Shown: positions 59,791 to 64,000 of the stretch, piece after piece | Position numbering within the stretch: position 1 is the first letter of the stretch | How the letters are laid out: each line of letters opens with the position of its first letter | NCBI GenBank assembly: GCA_051313645.2 | Contig: JBNRSN020000006.1 | Span: forward strand, 59,458,001-59,522,000 | Direction: 5' to 3' | Length of the DNA: 64,000 nt | Origin: Centroscyllium fabricii | Lineage: Eukaryota | Notes under the pieces: model-generated | Database searches by the model: none | What the model was told of the DNA's origin: nothing | What the model saw: only the letters and a program-made list of their open reading frames with translations | Translations under genes and position numbers: made by a program

Positions 59791-60879
59791 TAATGCCCAA
59801 GCCATTCCTTTCACACTCATCGCTATTACGGAGGTACCGTTATGTCTCACCATCCACTGCAACTCACTAAGCCACTTCCCAAGGTGCACGCCAATCTGTC
59901 CATGAACGCAAAGTGTTGAAAATAAAGATTTAAATGTTTGACAGCACATTAACAGAAACTTCACATGAACATTGGCTAAAACACACATGTGTGTTGTTAG
60001 ATGATATGATTGGACAAGGATGTGGGTGAGTGTGAGGGGTCGCTAGTGAGATGGGGAAGTAATAATGTAGGTAGAGAGGGATGGGTGGAGGTGCAAGGTA
60101 AGTTGGTGTGAGTAAGGATGTGTAGGAGTAGGGTAGGGAAGGCAGAGTAATGGGGATGTGTTGAGTGGCACAACAGGATGAGGTTGTGTGTGGTTTGGCA
60201 ATAACGTTTCATGATCTACTGAGAACATTGAAAGGTTTGCACCACTGCAGCCTGGTCCTCCTGACCACATCCCTGCTTTTGCCCTCCTGTGCAATATGCA
60301 ACCAGGTTGCATTGGTGTCCTGGGGAGGTCTCTTCCACACATTGGAAGGGAAGAGGACCTCCATGCATGCTGTGACTCCCTGCATAAGCATATGGAGGGA
60401 GTCATGGGAGAGCCTGGGTGCAGCCGTGCACCTCTGTGAAGTGCTTGTCAGTGTTTTCAGCAGCTCAATGCTGTAGAACACTAACAGCAGAACTGTCAAA
60501 AACAATTTGCACATGGTCCCTTTAAGGAAACCGGCTAATGACGTTTCATCAAATGACGTCACCAAACCCACTTCCTTCAATTGGCCGGGAAATGTACTGG
60601 GCAGGCTTAACAAGCCCAATCAACGTAAAATTATTTTCATAGAGCGCGATGGAGCCATCAGCGGGGTTGTACCGCACCACCAACCACGGCCGCAACGGAC
60701 CCGCCTCGGTAGGCAAAATCTCAACCATAGAGTCCGAGGAAATTCATGGCCATGCCTTTATCATCTTGAGACTTGATTTTACCAATACTTTACTAGCTAG
60801 CCTCCACAAACTGCAACATTTCCAGTGTGCTATTGGTTGTGTCTTAGCTTCTCAAAGCCTTTCACTTCCATTGTTTTGG

Positions 60880-63640
60880 ACCTTAACAATAACTTTCATT
60901 TCTATAGTGCCTTTAATGTAGAAAACCATCCCAAGGTGTTTCACAATGGTGGAATAAGACAAAAAAATAATGCCAAGTCATAGAAGGAGATATTAGCAGG
61001 GGTAGTCAAAGAGGAGGGTCTTAAACGAGCAGAGGGAGATGGAGAGCCGTAAATATTTAGGGAGGGATTTCTGGACCAGCCTAAGACGGTATGGGCACAG
61101 CTGGCAATAGTGGGGCAAAGGGATAAGAGGATGATCATGGGGTCAATTTTCCTCAAGGTGTGGGGAATTGGTGGGTTTCCCGTGGGTCAGGTGTTTTTCC
61201 CATTTTCTGAAGGGTCTGGGAGATCCACACAATTTTGGCTTAATTGGCCAATTAAATCCCTGCGTGTGGTAACCCTTTCCACTGGACTGTTTCCAGGCTG
61301 AAAGCCGGCGGGGTTTCGACTATTTAAAGAGCAGAGCCGTTAGCCTACCGAAACCACAGAGATTGAGTGACAGCTGCTGTTTGTTTCAATGGATTGTGAA
61401 AAAGCTCTGTGACATCACAATGCCCACTTGAAAACCACAGAGATTGAGTGACAGCTGCTGTTTGTTTCAATGGCTGCCTGCTCCAGCACAGCCATTTCAT
61501 TGAGAACTACTGAGGAGCTATCTGTCAAAGCAGCTACAAGGTGAATTTGTGACATCTTTTTCCCCATTGATCTTGTACACCCTAGGGATACAGTTAGTCC
61601 TCATGAAGGCTGGAGCCCAGGGACGACCTCTGCTGCAGCTGCTTGAATGATAGTCAGCAAGTCAATAGTGTCCCTGCCAGGTTTCAATGCTGTGGTTCCC
61701 ACGAGGCGTGTTTAGCATGGGAAAAGGCTGAAAATTGCAAGGGGCCCTTAAAATTGTATTGTACATTCCAATTAATGGTCCTTAATGAGCCTAACGACTG
61801 TCCTCGACGGTGGCGGGTGGGACTGAAGCGGGTTGATCGGATCCGCTGGGCTGAAATTCACAAGCTGCCGAGAAACCGGAGGGAGTGGTCACCACCCCCC
61901 GTTTCCGCGATTTTGCCTCGCCGGCCGCTGAAAAAGCCGCCTGTCGGCTCATTGAAAATTGAGCCCCATGAGTCTAGACTTAGAGGAACAGAGAATTCTG
62001 GAGCATTGTAGGGCTGGAGGAGGTGACAGAGATAAGGAGGAGTAAGGCCATGCAGGAATTTAAGCATGAAAATGAAAATTTTAAATTGGAGGCATTGGGG
62101 TACTGGGAACCAAAGTAGGTTAGCAAAGACAGGAGTGATAGGTGAGCGGGAAAGTGCGAGATAGGATACAAGCAGCAGGGCTTTGGATAAGCTAAAGCTT
62201 ATGGTGGGTGCAGGTATGGAGACCAGCTGGGAGAGCATTGGAATAGTTGAATCTAGAGGTGACAAAGGCATGCTTGAGGGTTTCAGTACCAGGTGGGCTG
62301 AGATAGGGGGAGAGATGGACATTGTTACATAGGTAGAAGTAGACGGTCTTTGTGATGGAAGAGGAAATTCTGTCTGAAGCTCAGCTCAGGGTCAAATAGG
62401 ACAGTGAGATTCTGAACAGTTTGGTTCAGTCTGAAATACTGTCTAGGAAAGGGAATGGAAATGCTCGCAAAGGTACGGAGTTGTGGTGGGGGCCAAGGAC
62501 AATGGCTTCGCCTTTCCAAAGGATTAACTGGAGGAAATTGCAACTCATCCAAGACTGGATGTCAGACAAGCAGTGTAACAATATAAAGGCCGTGGCGGAG
62601 TCAGAGAAGTGGCAGAGTGTTGAGCTGGCTGTCGTCTGCATACATGTGGAAGCTGCTCCGATATCTTTGGATGATGTTGCTAAGAGGCAGTGTGTAGATG
62701 AGGAACAGGAATGGCCAAGGAGAGATCCTTGGAGCACTCCAGATGTAGCATTATGTGGGGTGGGAAGAGAAGCTATCACTGGAGATGCTCAGGCTAAAAT
62801 TGGACAGGTAAGATTGGAACCAAGCAAATGCAGTCCCTCTGAGCTGAACAATAGAGCAGAAGCATTTGAGGAGGATGGTGTGGTCAACCTCCAGAGAGGT
62901 CAAGTAGGGATAGTGCATCATGATCATAGTCACGGAAGATGTCATATGTGACTTTGATTGAGACTGTTTCAGTGCTTTGACAAGGTAGAAAGCTGACTGG
63001 AAAGATTCAAAATGGAGTTGTGAGAAAGATGGGCACAGCTTTGGAAGGCAACAACACATTCAAGGACTTGGGAGAGGAAAGGAAGATTTGAGATGGAACA
63101 GTAGTTTGCAAGACCAGAGGGGTCGAGCATGATTATTTTGAGGAGGGGCATGATGGTGGTTTTGAAAGTTAGAATGAGTCCCTGCAAGAATGTAACCATT
63201 TACAATGTCAACTAGCATGGGGGCTAGGAACAGAAGTTGGATGGTCAGAAGTTTCGTGGGAATGGTTTCAGTGGAACAGAAGGTGGGTATTAACAACAAG
63301 ACGAGCTCGGAGAGGGCATGAATGGAGTTTAGAGAGAGACTAAAGAAAGATCCGGGTCCAGGGCTAGTGCAGGGGTAACCTGTGGGATGGTTTGACTTTG
63401 TGGCAAGGGGAAGTAGCAGGGGCAATGAACTGAAAAGTCCATGAATTTCTTGCACTTGCTATTGGATCAGAAGATGAAGTGAGCAGACTGGGGGGCGGGG
63501 GGGGGGGTGGTTAAAGAGACAGCTGGCAGTGGAGAAAAGTAGCCAGAGGTTATCTTTGCTCTCTGGGATGACCCTGAAGTAGTGACCAGATTGGGCCGAG
63601 GAAAGTGAGGCCCAACAGCACTGGCTGCGGTCCAGCTGCT
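60880..63640 (-). mobile_element. Degraded L2 LINE
   Basis: ORF2 remnants (LDPSGLANYCSISNLPFLS, SGVLQGSLLG, CLSDIQSWMSCNFLQL, PITPVFANLLWFPV); L2 tail at about 60890. Confidence 0.85.
61139..61966. mobile_element. Harbinger-type MITE inside L2
   Basis: TIR GGGGTCAATTTTC / GAAAATTGAGCCC; TSD CAT; internal duplication 61351-61392 / 61431-61473. Confidence 0.8.
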
Positions 63641-63654
63641 CATCAGGCTTTACT

Positions 63655-63875
63655 TGCCAAAGGTATGCAGGTTAGGTGAATTGTAGATACTAAAAAAAAT
63701 TGTCCATGAGTATGTGTGTGAGATATAGTTCTTAGAGTTGGGGGTGTCGGGGATATGGGGAGAGAGTAGGGGGCGGTTGCTGGGTTTGGATGATCAGCCA
63801 TGATCTCATTGAATGGTGGAGCAGGCTCGAAGAGCCGAATGGCCTACTCCTGCTCCTATCTTCTGTGTTTCTGTG
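63655..63875 (+). mobile_element. 5'-truncated V-SINE (same family as 31780-32155)
   Basis: caggttaggtgaatt...catgagtatgtgtgtgag...CR1-like tail. Confidence 0.85.
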
Positions 63876-64000
63876 CTCTCTGTACCCCTACAAATCAACT
63901 TCAAAATCCTTTTCCTTACATTCAGATGCCTTCGCGGACCACCCCAGTGACTTCCTACAGCTTTAGATTTCAGTTTGCATCTTTAATTCCTCTGATACTA

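Larger units (their letters stand above)
57393..60726. mobile_element. Internally deleted Harbinger transposon B (same family as A), with nested insertions
   Basis: TSD ATA on both sides; QQQQQPSPQSPDAAQDRG at about 59.1 kb (+); Myb/SANT APRLSHDSLHML..GV...EVLFP...W.HIAQE..VRRTRLQW.KPFN at 60209-60460 (-). Confidence 0.75.

Noticed and set aside
60209-60619. Domesticated NAIF1/MSANTD host gene
   Set aside because: Degenerate, multi-copy in this window and inside a TSD-bounded Harbinger derivative.

Overview
Eukaryotic, TE-dominated DNA. The repeat repertoire (CR1 LINEs with (TTCTATG)-type tails, V-SINE and DeuSINE-type SINEs, Penelope pseudo-LTRs, Harbinger Myb/HARBI1 derivatives) points to a cartilaginous fish; this is an inference. 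Five Gypsy-type LTR retrotransposons retain both LTRs and TSDs: G1 57-4476, G2 8402-14534, G3 17332-20432, G4 21115-25994 and G5 49483-54415. There are also solo LTRs, nested CR1/L2 LINEs, Harbinger MITEs and a Tigger-like MITE. No host gene could be identified with confidence; only weak exon candidates and one promoter-like patch near 41.3 kb were seen. Main observations: (1) G2, G4 and G5 lack a tRNA primer-binding site. Each instead carries a 13-15 nt segment just inside the 5' LTR that is perfectly complementary to its own LTR poly(A)-signal region, co-varying between families, and all three have a YLDN RT active site. This suggests self-priming and/or poly(A) occlusion. (2) Penelope minimal hammerhead ribozymes are present, and two are interrupted by different MITEs exactly at the GUU cleavage triplet. 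(3) G3 encodes Gag-protease fused to a coiled coil and basic tail in place of RT/RNase H/integrase. (4) A small LINE-head/VNTR/LINE-tail composite retroelement lies at 44221-44825. Coordinates were read by eye and are approximate for degraded repeats.
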